DNA of 58,755 nt, taken from NCBI GenBank assembly GCA_032718475.1, contig JAUCBJ010009003.1, positions 1-58,755 on the forward strand, in the 5' to 3' direction. Position numbers and translations under genes: made by a program. Shown here piece by piece: positions 39,901 through 51,108 of the stretch. Position 1 is the first letter of the stretch. Each line of letters begins with the position of its first letter. The DNA comes from Nemertoderma westbladi. Its lineage: Eukaryota > Animalia > Xenacoelomorpha. The notes below the pieces were generated by a model. The model had not been told where the DNA came from. It made no database searches and was given only the letters and a program-made list of their open reading frames with translations.

Positions 39901-41888
39901 CCTCGAACTACATTCCTATACTCGGAATAAGTAAGTACCTCGAACTACAGCCTTTACTCGGAATAAGTAAGTACCTCGAACTACATTCCTATACTCGGAA
40001 TAAGTAAGTACCTCGAACTACATGCCTATACTCGGAATAAGTAAGTACCTCGAACTACAGCCTTTACTCGGAATAAGTAAGTACCTCGAACTACATGCCT
40101 ATACTCGGAATAAGTAAGTACCTCGAACTACATGCCTATACTCGGAATAAGTAAGTACCTCGAACTACATGCCTATACTCGGAATAAGTAAGTACCTCGA
40201 ACTACATTCCTATACTCGGAATAAGTAAGTACGTCGAACTACATTCTTATACTCGGAATAAGTAAGTACCTCGAACTACATTCCTATACTCGGAATAAGT
40301 AAGTACGTCGAACTACATTCCTATACTCGGAATAAGTAAGTACGTCGAACTACATGCCTATACTCGGAATAAGTAAGTACGTCGAACTACATTCCTATAC
40401 TCGGAATAAGTAAGTACGTCGAACTACATTCCTATACTCGGAATAAGTAAGTACGTCGAACTACATTCCTATACTCGGAATAAGTAAGTACCTCGAACTA
40501 CATTCCTATACTCGGAATAAGTAAGTACGTCGAACTACATGCCTATACTCGGAATAAGTAAGTACGTCGAACTACATTCCTATACTCGGAATAAGTAAGT
40601 ACGTCGAACTACATTCCTATACTCGGAATAAGTAAGTACCTCGAACTACATTCCTATACTCGGAATAAGTAAGTACGTCGAACTACATGCCTATACCCGG
40701 AATAAGTAAGTACCTCGAACTATATTCCTATACTCGGAATAAGTAAGTACGTCGAACTACATTCCTATACTCGGAATAAGTAAGTACGTCGAACTACATT
40801 CTTATACTCGGAATAAGTAAGTACCTCGAACTACATTCCTATACTCGGAATAAGTAAGTACGTCGAACTACATTCCTATACTCGGAATAAGTAAGTACCT
40901 CGAACTACATGCCTATACCCGGAATAAGTAAGAACCTCGAACTACATTCCTATACTCGGAATAAGTAAGTACGTCGAACTACATTCCTATACTCGGAATA
41001 AGTAAGTACCTCGAACTACATGCCTATACCCGGAATAAGTAAGAACCTCGAACTACATTCCTATACTCGGAATAAGTAAGAACCTCGAACTACATTCCTT
41101 TACTCTGAATAAGTAAGAACCTCGAACTACATTCCTATACTCGGAATAAGTAAGTACGTCGAACTACATTCCTATACTCGGAATAAGTAAGTACCTCTAA
41201 CTACATTCCTATACTCGGAATAAGTAAGTACCTCGAACTACATGCCTATACCCGGAATAAGTAAGTACCTCGAACTACATTCCTATACTCGGAATAAGTA
41301 AGTACGTCGAACTACTTTCCTATACTCGGAATAAGTAAGTACCTCGAACTACATTCCTATACTCGGAATAAGTAAGTACGTCGAACTACATTCCTATACT
41401 CGGAATAAGTAAGTACCTCGAACTACATTCCTATACTCGGAATAAGTAAGTACCTCGAACTACATTCCTATACTCGGAATAAGTAAGTACGTCGAACTAC
41501 ATTCCTATACTCGGAATAAGTAAGTACCTCGAACTACATTCCTTTACTCGGAATAAGTAAGTACCTCGAACTACATTCCTTTACTCGGAATAAGTAAGTA
41601 CCTCGAACTACATTCCTATACTCGGAATAAGTAAGTACGTCGAACTACAGCCTATACCCGGAATAAGTAAGTACCTCGAACTACATTCCTATACTCGGAA
41701 TAAGTAAGTACCTCGAACTACATTCCTTTACTCGGAATAAGTAAGTACGTCGAACTACAGCCTATACCCGGAATAAGTAAGTACCTCGAACTACATTCCT
41801 ATACTCGGAATAAGTAAGTACCTCGAACTATATTCCTTTACTCGGAATAAGTAAGTACGTCGAACTACGTTCCTATACTCGGAATAAG
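24958..41888 (+). repeat. 37-bp tandem satellite (~460 units, 16.9 kb); unit = last 31 nt of the exon + GTAAGT donor
   Basis: Consensus acctcgaactacatgcctatactcggaataa-gtaagt; the first unit is the real exon end. Confidence 0.98.
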
Positions 41889-42969
41889 AGAGGATCAAAG
41901 AGAGGGAACCCCCCCCCCCCCCCAACCCGAAGGCGGACACAGGATTGATGGAATTTGTGTTTTAAAAGTAATATGTTATATTTATTTTTAATATAACACA
42001 AAATACAACTGAAAGCGATTCACAAATACAAACATCACAAATTTCTAGCAAAAATAATTAAAGATCGCATATTATTTAATTTATATTTTTAATACAAATT
42101 TAATTTAACTAACAAAGAAATCAATAAACTCGGTTATTGTTAACATGTTAAACCCTTAAAGTAATATATTAAATATTTTAGGCGTGGAGGCGACCCAATT
42201 TGTAAGAAATATAAAACTTACCGTATGCCGATAGTATTGATACTGGTATATTAATTTATCATGTCAACGCCTCAACGAAATTATTTAGCTAATTATTCTA
42301 AAGAATCATGATTAAGTACTCGGCCAATCATTTTGCAAGCTAAACACAATAACCAAGCTGGCTTATTAGTCTGGCTCATTACAATGCTGCCTTTGAGTAG
42401 TGATGAGGTGGTTGGACTGGTTTCCCTTGCAAGCTAGGCTAGCTGGGAAGGCTAGCCTTCCCAGCTAGGCTAGCAAGCATGCCAAAGGAATGAGGGAGCT
42501 ATGGAAGTATTGCTGGAGACAGGGGATTTTAATAAGTTAATTACCTTTAGATCAATTAAAAACACGTTTCTTAAAGCAAATCTCTTAAACTAATTAAAAA
42601 CTATAATGGAATGGGGTATGGGAAATACAGCTGTATAATTGTTAAGTATAATTATTTAAATCTTATTCTAGAAAAAAATTTACTATCCTTTACGAGGCAG
42701 GTTGAAAATGCTGTTTTTACCCTAATCAACTTAATTAACTAATTAACTGCTATTATCTTAGCTTCTCAAAGGCCACACGGAAATTCAACTTGGAAAATTG
42801 CTAATATTTTGCCAGACTACATGTGTACCTAGTTTGGATAGATTTCATTAAGATTTGGCTGAGTTATTAACGTTTAAAATGGGACACAACAGATCGACAG
42901 AACAACAGACATACCGATTGAGTTAGTGGTACCTGTATGCTAAGCTCGCTTACTTTAGTGGCTCGCCCC
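41889..42969. other. ~1.08 kb insertion splitting the end of the 37-bp array (unclassified, probably a non-autonomous TE)
   Basis: Satellite resumes at 42970; contains a 42-bp palindrome and ends in gctcgct..gctcgccc. Confidence 0.5.
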
Positions 42970-43048
42970 ACTACATGCCTATACTCGGAATAAGTAAGTA
43001 CCTCGAACTAGATGCCTATACTCGGAATAAGTAAGTACCTCGAACTAC
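42970..43048 (+). repeat. Detached terminal ~2 units of the 37-bp satellite
   Basis: actacatgcctatactcggaataagtaagtacctcgaactagatgcc...cgaactac. Confidence 0.95.
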
Positions 43049-43421
43049 TATATTTGCAAAATGAAATAGTCATAGAAGGGGTAACGCCCCTCCCTTAACC
43101 TTATACATGAATTGTCGGTACAAGTATGTACAAGTAATCATATCCAATATACTCGCTAAAAATCAAATATAACAATTATATATTGTAATCAACTTAATTA
43201 ACTCTAAGTACAAAAATGTAATGATATTAAATTATTGAATTATTTTTAAGAAATTGATTTTATAAATTTTAACATTTTATAATAAAATTTCATACTAGAG
43301 ATCCTAAGGTAGATAAAGACTATTGTCTTCTCTATTACAATACCCAGAACAGTAATCCTATAAATTGCTCATTATATTATGACTTGTAACTGTGGTTATA
43401 TAACTTCTTTCACTTTTTTAG

Positions 43422-43553
43422 ATTAAACAAACTTTACGGGGATGATATTGTGAATAAGAAAGCGCCGATTCCAGCCAACTTGCTAGGCGATATGTGGGCG
43501 CAGTCGTGGATACCACTGTTGGATATACTGAAACCATACCCTGATGCAACTGA
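43422..43553 (+). CDS. ACE: ACE-like gene exon
   Basis: ttttag|A..GA|gtaagt; (K)LNKLYGDDIVNKKAPIPANLLGDMWAQSWIPLLDILKPYPDAT matches ACE GPIPAHLLGNMWAQTW. Confidence 0.95.
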
Positions 43554-44036
43554 GTAAGTTGGAAGCCGTTATTCCATTACCCAATAATATTTTAATTTCG
43601 TCATTATCTGTACATAATATACTATTAGGTATTGGCTACAGCTTAGAAGTCCGGCCTGACATTCGGGTGGGATCGAACTAGTGATATATGTGATAGAAGT
43701 CTGGCTGTGTAACCATAACAACCATTCCATTATCAGGACAAACAAAAGGACCTGGTTTATTTTTAATATCGAATGAAGTGCGAATTTTGCACTGCACTGA
43801 TCTGAGATAGTGGAACACACAGTTTGAAAAAATGATCTCCAGCGCAAATTGGTCGCATATTGAATACAATTTTGTTTATTGTTTTTGTTTGAAAACACCG
43901 CTCCATCGTAACGTGCTCCTTTCCCATTGTTTTAAATTAATTAAAAATAATTTAAACAGTAATAATAAATCTAAATAATAATTATATAAGAGTTTAGTTA
44001 GTTATATTATATTATATATTTTTTGTTTCCTTTCAG

Positions 44037-44187
44037 TTACAGCGAAATCGCCGAAGAGAATGTTCCCCTTTCAGTAGATCCGGATTTCTTCACATTTTTA
44101 ACGAATAAATTGTTCCTTGATTTAGAATTAATTAAAATCGGTATTCCTAACACGAATTCAGTGTTTCAGAGGATATTAAATGTTGAT
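44037..44187 (+). CDS. ACE: ACE-like gene exon (divergent)
   Basis: cctttcag|T..GAT|gtaagt; (D)YSEIAEENVPLSVDPDFFTFLTNKLFLDLELIKIGIPNTNSVFQRILNVD. Phases (2 in, 0 out) and length fit the gap before VCHASAW. Confidence 0.82.
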
Positions 44188-44204
44188 GTAAGTTTAATCA
44201 CAAC

Positions 44205-45040
44205 GGTCTCCGGACAATTCATACCCGGACAATTCGTACCAGACAATTCGTACCCGGACAATTCGTACCCGGACAATACGTACCCGGACAATTCGTACCA
44301 GACAATTTGTACCCGGACAATTCGTACCAGACAATTCGTACCCGGACAGTTCGTACCAGACAATTCGTAACAGACAATACGTACCCGGACAATTCGTACC
44401 AGACAATTCGTACAAGACAATTCGTACCAGACAATTCGTACCAGACAATTCGTACCAGACAATTCGTACAAGACAATTCGTACCAGACAATTCGTGCCCG
44501 GACAATTCGTACCAGACAATTCGTACCCGGACAATTCGTACCAGACAATTCGTACCAGACCGGACAATTATTACCAGACAATTCGTACCAGATAATATGT
44601 ACCAGACAATACGTATCCGGACAATTCGTACCAGACAATTCGTACCCGGACAATTATTACCAGACAATTCGTACCAGACAATTCGTACCTGGACATTTCG
44701 AATTCGTACCAGACAATACGTACCCAGACAATTCGTACTAGACAATACGTACCCGGACAATTATTACCCGACAATTCGTACCAGACAATACGTACCAGAC
44801 AATACGTACCCGGACAATTCGTACCAGCCAATTCGTACCCGGACAATTCGTACCAGCCAATTCGTACCCGGACAATTCGTACCCGGAAAATTCGTACACA
44901 TCATAAAAAAAATTTCAGGTACGAATTGTCCGGGTACGAATTGTCCGGTACGAATTGTCCGGGTATGAATTGTCCGGTACGAATTGTCCGGGTATGAATT
45001 GTCCGGTACGAATTGTCCGGGTATGAATTGTCCTAACTTC
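44205..45040. mobile_element. Non-autonomous foldback element (Mutator/Phantom-like) with inverted arrays of ~15-bp repeats and a 9-bp TSD
   Basis: (gacaattcgtacc[c/a]g)n then inverted (ggtacgaattgtcc)n; aatcacaac at 44196-44204 and 45041-45049. Confidence 0.75.
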
Positions 45041-46609
45041 AATCACAACTGTAACGAGACCAATAAGATTCCCGGTATTCTAACTATGTTTAAATGCGTT
45101 AAGCAGAAGTCTTAGCGGTTCGGTATTTCTCTGTTAGAGACTTTCGTCGATGGTGAGAATATCGAAAGTCTCTAATCTTATTCCTGAGTGTCCTTCTAGT
45201 TGAATATCTACTTCCCTTCTCACTACACCTCTGGGTTCGGACTGTTGTAACACATCAGCTGGCGATATTGCCTCCACTGAAATCCAAATATTACAATTAG
45301 GAGTTCTCAGCTGGGAGCCGAGTCACTGATTGGTTGGTTGTAAATTGGTAATGTAATAAATTTACTGTAGGGAAACCTCTCGTTATCACCAAATTCAATC
45401 AGCTGATTGATACTCAGATTTCCTGTGACTTTATTAATACCAATCAGTATTCCATTACTATTAGTGTATTGCCCTGCGCTTACATTTGTATTTATTCATC
45501 TATCATCCATAATATTTATGTTATGTTCTTTCAATTAACTGCCAGGGAACTTCGAACTCATTAAATGTACTTTATAACTATTATAACATTGAAACAATAA
45601 ACTGACATTGTATTCCACATAGAACAATGTTTTTTCCAACAATATAATCGAAAGCCAGCCGCAACTTCTGGCTTTACACGGACAGGGATCCTGCTGTCGG
45701 ATATTCCGGTCTAGCGATTTGTATGGAAACCAGAGGAAGTGTCATAATACTCAATAATCAATTTTGTCATACAATGTGTATTGTTCTGATATCAACTAGT
45801 CTACAACTATATACAATCTCAACGAAGTGTTATCGCCAGTACGTTGCCCTGCGTATACGCCATATATACGTATACACCAATAAATTACCAATATTCAAAT
45901 ATCAATAAAAGAGTAAAGAGGTTGATATTTGATGTAGAACTACACTCAAGAATGAAGTTATCCGCACCCAATATCGACATGTTAAATACACCAAATAATC
46001 ACTAATAACTACCAACATCTGGTCACTCTACTATTAGCACTTTAATCACCTCTACTGTAAATTAGGGCACTAATTACAGATAAACTCATCTCAGGCATGA
46101 AGGCTCCTTTACTTCTAACACCCAACACAATATTGTTCCTCTTCTTGTACCACCCAATTACCGGATGAATACTATTTTTCTATTGTACAATACCCGACCT
46201 ATCACCATATAATCATTGCACATTGCTTGGGCTTTTACTAATATGCAGTGTTTAATTTGTCTTTGACACTCTATATTGCCCTCTCACTGTTTACTCACCC
46301 AATAATATGACACACCTCTAACGTCGTACCATATCTCACATGGGCCCAATATTACATCTGTTTTGTTACTCATCTAATAATATCCTTTATTGGTTTTGGT
46401 AATATCACTCGCATTATCAGATTTAACTATGTGGAAGTCTAGAATGCAGCATTAGACCAAGACGTTGCATGCCAATAAGCGATCACCTGGCGGCATTAAA
46501 ACTGACGTATAGAAGTCTCGAAAAATGTTTACCTGTAAAAAAAAAAGAACTCTATTGCCATTGGTACATTCGCATCTGCCTGGTCACGCCATATATCCAT
46601 ATATATAAT

Positions 46610-47090
46610 GGCAGATCCCAAATTCCATACTCCCAAATCCCAAATACCTTAATCCCAAATACCTTATTCCAAAATCCCAAATACCTTATTCCCAAATCCC
46701 AAATACCTTATTCCCAAATCCCAAATACCTTATTCCCAAATCCCAAATACCTTATTTCCAAATTCCAAATACCTTATTCCCAAATCCCTTATTCCCAAAT
46801 CCCAAATACCTTATTCCCAAATCCCAAATACCTTATTCCCAAATCCCAAATACCTTATTCCCAAATCCCAAATACCTTATTTCCAAATCCCAAATACCTT
46901 ATTCCCAAATCCCTTATTCCCAAATCCCAAATACCTTAATCCCAAATACCTTATTCCCAAATCCCAAATACCTTATTCCCAAATCCCAAATACCTTATTT
47001 CCAAATTCCAAATACCTTATTCCCAAATCCCAAATACCTTATTCCCAAATCCCTTATTCCCAAATTCCTTAATCCCACATGGTATTTGAG
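46610..47090. repeat. Tandem repeat (cccaaatcccaaataccttatt)n, ~22-bp period; possibly one arm of another foldback element
   Basis: Direct inspection; short inverted copy (atggtatttgag) at the right end. Confidence 0.85.
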
Positions 47091-47249
47091 TCCAGTTCCC
47101 CCCCCCCCCCCCCCCTGTCTCTTTTTTTATATATTCAACTTATTATACTGTATATTATAATAATGCATATTTTTATATGACGGTGTCTGTCGAAACTGGT
47201 GGAATGTTTTACGTAATTTTATACAGTACAAGTTTATTTATATTTTTAG

Positions 47250-47543
47250 ATGGTTTGTCACGCATCTGCCTGGTATATTCCCATCACACGAGACCAAGCT
47301 GAATACCGGGTAAAGATCTGCATGTCTAACCAAAGTATAGATGATGTATACACGCTATTCCACGAATCCGGCCATATTCTCTACTACTACTTCATGCAGA
47401 CGAATCAAAACAACGTCGCATTTCGTCAACAACCAAGTCCGGCGTTTCAGGAAACCGTAGGATATACCGTGAATCTACTCGCCAATAACCCAGCTTATCT
47501 CCAATCTATTGAATTTCTACCAAACGATTTTAAATATACAAAA
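47250..47543 (+). CDS. ACE: ACE-like gene exon with zinc-binding motifs
   Basis: ttttag|ATG..AAA|gttagt; MVCHASAW..TLFHESGHILYY..PSPAFQETVG (HEXXH plus downstream Glu ligand). Confidence 0.95.
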
Positions 47544-48223
47544 GTTAGTATTACAGTACTTTCCATAGGTTGAGGGGTGTGGGGGGGGGGGGGGGGGTGT
47601 TTGTACAGGAAACTGTAATCTCTTCCATTGACTCTCACGTTTATTATTTTGGTTATAATAACATGTATTTATTATTAACATCGTCAATACATCGAGAGCA
47701 GTAACTAACCATTTATGGATTAGCGTAAATCCCCCCACCTCCTTGATCTCTCACTGTGTCTCTTGGCTTTTTCTGTAAATCCCCCCGACTGTCTGTCATC
47801 TGTTTGTCTGTCTGTCAATCTCTCTCTCTCTCTCTGCTGTCAGCCTGTCTATCTTGGAGCTTGTACGATGGAGCTGGACTATGGAGTTCATGCTAAACAC
47901 ATCCCCTCCCCTGCCCCGCTGGGAACAGCACATTGAATAAAATTTTTAAAATTCTAATTCGTTTTTGGTATGACGTCACCCACCCCCTATTCGTTTATTT
48001 TTGGTCCAAAATAGATATACATTTACTTATTTATTACATAATCACTATATAAAATCTTACATTATATTATTGTGCTATTTATGTCTGTCTAACTGTACGT
48101 GCATAATTATTTCTTATTCACTGTACGATAATAACAATAATAATAGTGAACTTATCCACCACGCCAGGATTGATATCACAAACCGCGTTCGATGAAACCA
48201 ACTGAAGTTTCTTTGTCTTTCAG

Positions 48224-48383
48224 GAAATTGAAACCAACTCACTTATGCGGAACATGCTATCGAAGTTGGCCTTTATGCCCTACGCCTTACTTCTCGATCT
48301 ATACAGATGGAAGTTGTTCCGGGGCGAAATTCAACCGGAAAATATCAACTCGGAATATTGGAAAATGCGGCGAGATTTCCAAG
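48224..48383 (+). CDS. ACE: ACE-like gene exon
   Basis: ctttcag|GAA..CAAG|gtataa; EIETNSLMRNMLSKLAFMPYALLLDLYRWKLFRGEIQPENINSEYWKMRRDFQG. This frame is not in the ORF track. Confidence 0.93.
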
Positions 48384-49430
48384 GTATAACAGTAGCTACT
48401 TTTTATTTGTAAACAACATTAATTGTTTAGGTGGTCACCGTGATGTTTAATAATTTCCTTCTTAATATAATTACTAATTTTATTGAGATTATTTTTATCT
48501 ACAGTTTATTTTACTAATATAGAGAGAGGCCTCTATAATAATTATTATTGTTATTTAATAATTGAAATATTATGACTACTATATCAACTTAACTACCAGA
48601 CCGGGTTTTTACAAAATTCTATAAACTTCACTGCTAATATTTTCCCATTTAAGGCTCTATACAGTTTCATACTAACAAATTTGAAAATTCGCCAAAAATG
48701 TTACACTTTTTATGAAAAAGTTTTAGATGCATCATTTCTATATGTTACTATTCCAAAATAAAATTACATTCTAGTTTCAAGGGAATGTAGGAAGTAGACT
48801 AATAATCGTTTAATATAGATAATCAAATTATAAATGTACCAACTTAAATAAATACTAATTAATTATTAATTACGATATTTGAAATCCTAATTACAATTGA
48901 TTGCAACAATTGGAAACAAGTACTATTGGCATCAAAGAGTTGTTTCAATGTATTTCATTTATTTTTGAGTAAATAATTTTAGATTTGCCAAATATGGCTT
49001 GTCGGCATGGTCGCTACAACTTTACGTCATGACATCACTTGTAGCAAAATCAATTAGTTAAATGTCCTGTATGTGTCACATGAAAGGCAGGTAGATTGAT
49101 ATTTAGTTTGGATATTTTGTTAAAAATATCTATAGTACAAACACAACAAGTCTGGAGTTCTGTAGGTTTTATTCATCAGCGAACAACAGCATTATAGTAG
49201 GGTAATTATTATTGGATTCCGACACGTAAAGACATTCGTAAAACCGCCCTAGTATTATTATTATATCAGCAAGCAGCCGGTCTTTGTCGGCTTACTGTTT
49301 AGAGTCAACCAACATAAGAAATGGAACAAAGTGACTGCTGACCATATTTTGTACAAAATTCTTACATTACGTGACGGTATTGTTTGTTTATTTCATTCCA
49401 ACTTTACATATTATTATTATCGACTTGCAG

Positions 49431-49606
49431 GTGTTATGGAACCAGTATACAGAGAGGAAGGAGACTTCGATCCCGGTGCCAAGTTCCATGTTGTCACGCA
49501 TCAGACTTACCTTCGGTACTTCCTAGCCGAGATTCTACACTTCCAAGTTTATAGTAACATGTGTAAAAGGAGTGGACAGGAAGTTGATAACTGTACAGTA
49601 ACTAAG
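49431..49606 (+). CDS. ACE: ACE-like gene exon
   Basis: ttgcag|GT..AAG|gttagt; VMEPVYREEGDFDPGAKFHVVTHQTYLRYFLAEILHFQVYSNMC. Confidence 0.95.
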
Positions 49607-49752
49607 GTTAGTTACCGATCGATACGTGGTTTTAGTTACCGATACAAACGTTGTTTTTTTAACGTCCTCAACGTGGTTAGTTACGTATGTCAATATTCCA
49701 CAATATAGTCTATTTCACTAATAATCCTTCCAGTTTCCGTTTTTCCTTCCAG

Positions 49753-49924
49753 TATGCCGTTAAACCGTTTAAGGAGATGATGGAGGCTGGAGCCTCTAAG
49801 TCCTGGAAGGTAGCGATAGCGGAGGCATTGGGTGTGAAAGATATCGAACAGGTGAAGTTGAGCACAGAGCCAATGCAAAAGTATATGGAGCCATTAGTAA
49901 ATTGGTTGAAAAAGGAGAATAAAG
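49753..49924 (+). CDS. ACE: ACE-like gene exon
   Basis: ttccag|TAT..AAAG|gtattg; YAVKPFKEMMEAGASKSWK..PMQKYMEPLVNWLKKENK. Confidence 0.92.
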
Positions 49925-50656
49925 GTATTGTAGAGTAATTATATGGGATATTAATTATTAATAGTCGATATTACCTTCATTGTGATTCACCCTGCCGTCT
50001 AGAGTATCTAATTACCCATTGCTAAATATCATTGTATGAAATTTCAACAATTCTTAGTTATATGTTTGGTGCGTAAAAATAAATGTTTGGCTAGAAATAG
50101 TTCGATATGGGCTAAGTAACAAGGTGCCCTGCCCTGAATGGCGGAGTGGCTCTGTGTATTTCTTAATGTTTTGAAATGAGGGAACGAATGGAGTAGCTCG
50201 TGAAAGAGTTAAGGGCACGAGTTTGTCCATAAATTTGACTATTAAGCTTACGTACCTCTTCTGAGGAATTGGTTCAACAGAATGGCTCGAAATTTGGAGT
50301 TGAATTAATTTTGCATGTGTCTCAGACGTGGTAGCAGAATAAATAAACAGAATAAATAAAAAAAAATGATTGTGATCACCAGAAATTTTCAAAGTGAAAA
50401 ATGTTATTTGCAAAAAGTGAAAAAAACACGTATTTTGGCCATTTTTTGAGATGTAAATTTCTAACCCACATGCCTAAATGTGCTACCACCTATAAAGGAT
50501 TAGTAGAAGAACATATACTGAAAATGTCATGCAATTTGGTCCAGTAGTTCCAGAGAAACAGGTACATAAGTGAAAAATAAAAGTGAAAAATAAAATTCTG
50601 AGATAAAGCCATTTAAAGTTTTTAAACCTTCCCGCCATTTTATGTTAAATGGAGGG

Positions 50657-50896
50657 TATAATGTTCTTAATCTCCGGATATATAATCGGCAGATATAGCA
50701 TTACATATAATCGGCAGATATACATATAATACGTGAGTCAACAGTACAGTAGTATTCCCTAAATGCTGCTCTGCAGCGGTACCGGTATGTGGACTATAAT
50801 CCCTAAAGTAATACCTCACTAGTCCCCTAGGGTATATATCCCCGTCCTCCTTTCAGTTTTGAATCTCCCTCCACCTGTATATTCTACAACACTATA
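50657..50896 (-). repeat. Gypsy 3' LTR
   Basis: Matches 55571-55810; preceded on the minus strand by PPT AAAAAAAAAAGGAAGGGAGAGA (50897-50918). Confidence 0.95.
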
Positions 50897-51108
50897 TCTC
50901 TCCCTTCCTTTTTTTTTTACTTTGATATTCCCTGCAAAAATCTAAGTTCATGAACAGTTAGCACCATCTTATAGTCAATTTCTACCGGATTGTAAAATTT
51001 ACTAGGGTTTCTTCCGTTTTGTTGTCAGTATATTCTCAGCCGATAGATTGCACCAAGATCCACCGCTTGAACCCATTAGCGGTTGTTTGAGTGGAGGTCC
51101 ACTGGCAC

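Noticed and set aside
21632-41888. CRISPR array (36-37 bp repeats)
   Set aside because: Units are head-to-tail with no unique spacers, there are no cas genes, the context is eukaryotic and intronic, and the 37-mer is explained by the ACE exon end.
24995-41888. Array of mutually exclusive alternative micro-exons (Dscam-like)
   Set aside because: Units carry donors but no convincing acceptors, and extension past the first donor hits an in-frame TAA.
44166-45042. Many overlapping 90-190 aa ORFs
   Set aside because: Artefacts of the 15-bp tandem repeats; only 44037-44187 is a real exon.
46469-46939. 156-aa ORF with PNPKYLIPKSQIPYSQ repeats
   Set aside because: Translation of a 22-bp tandem repeat inside an intron.
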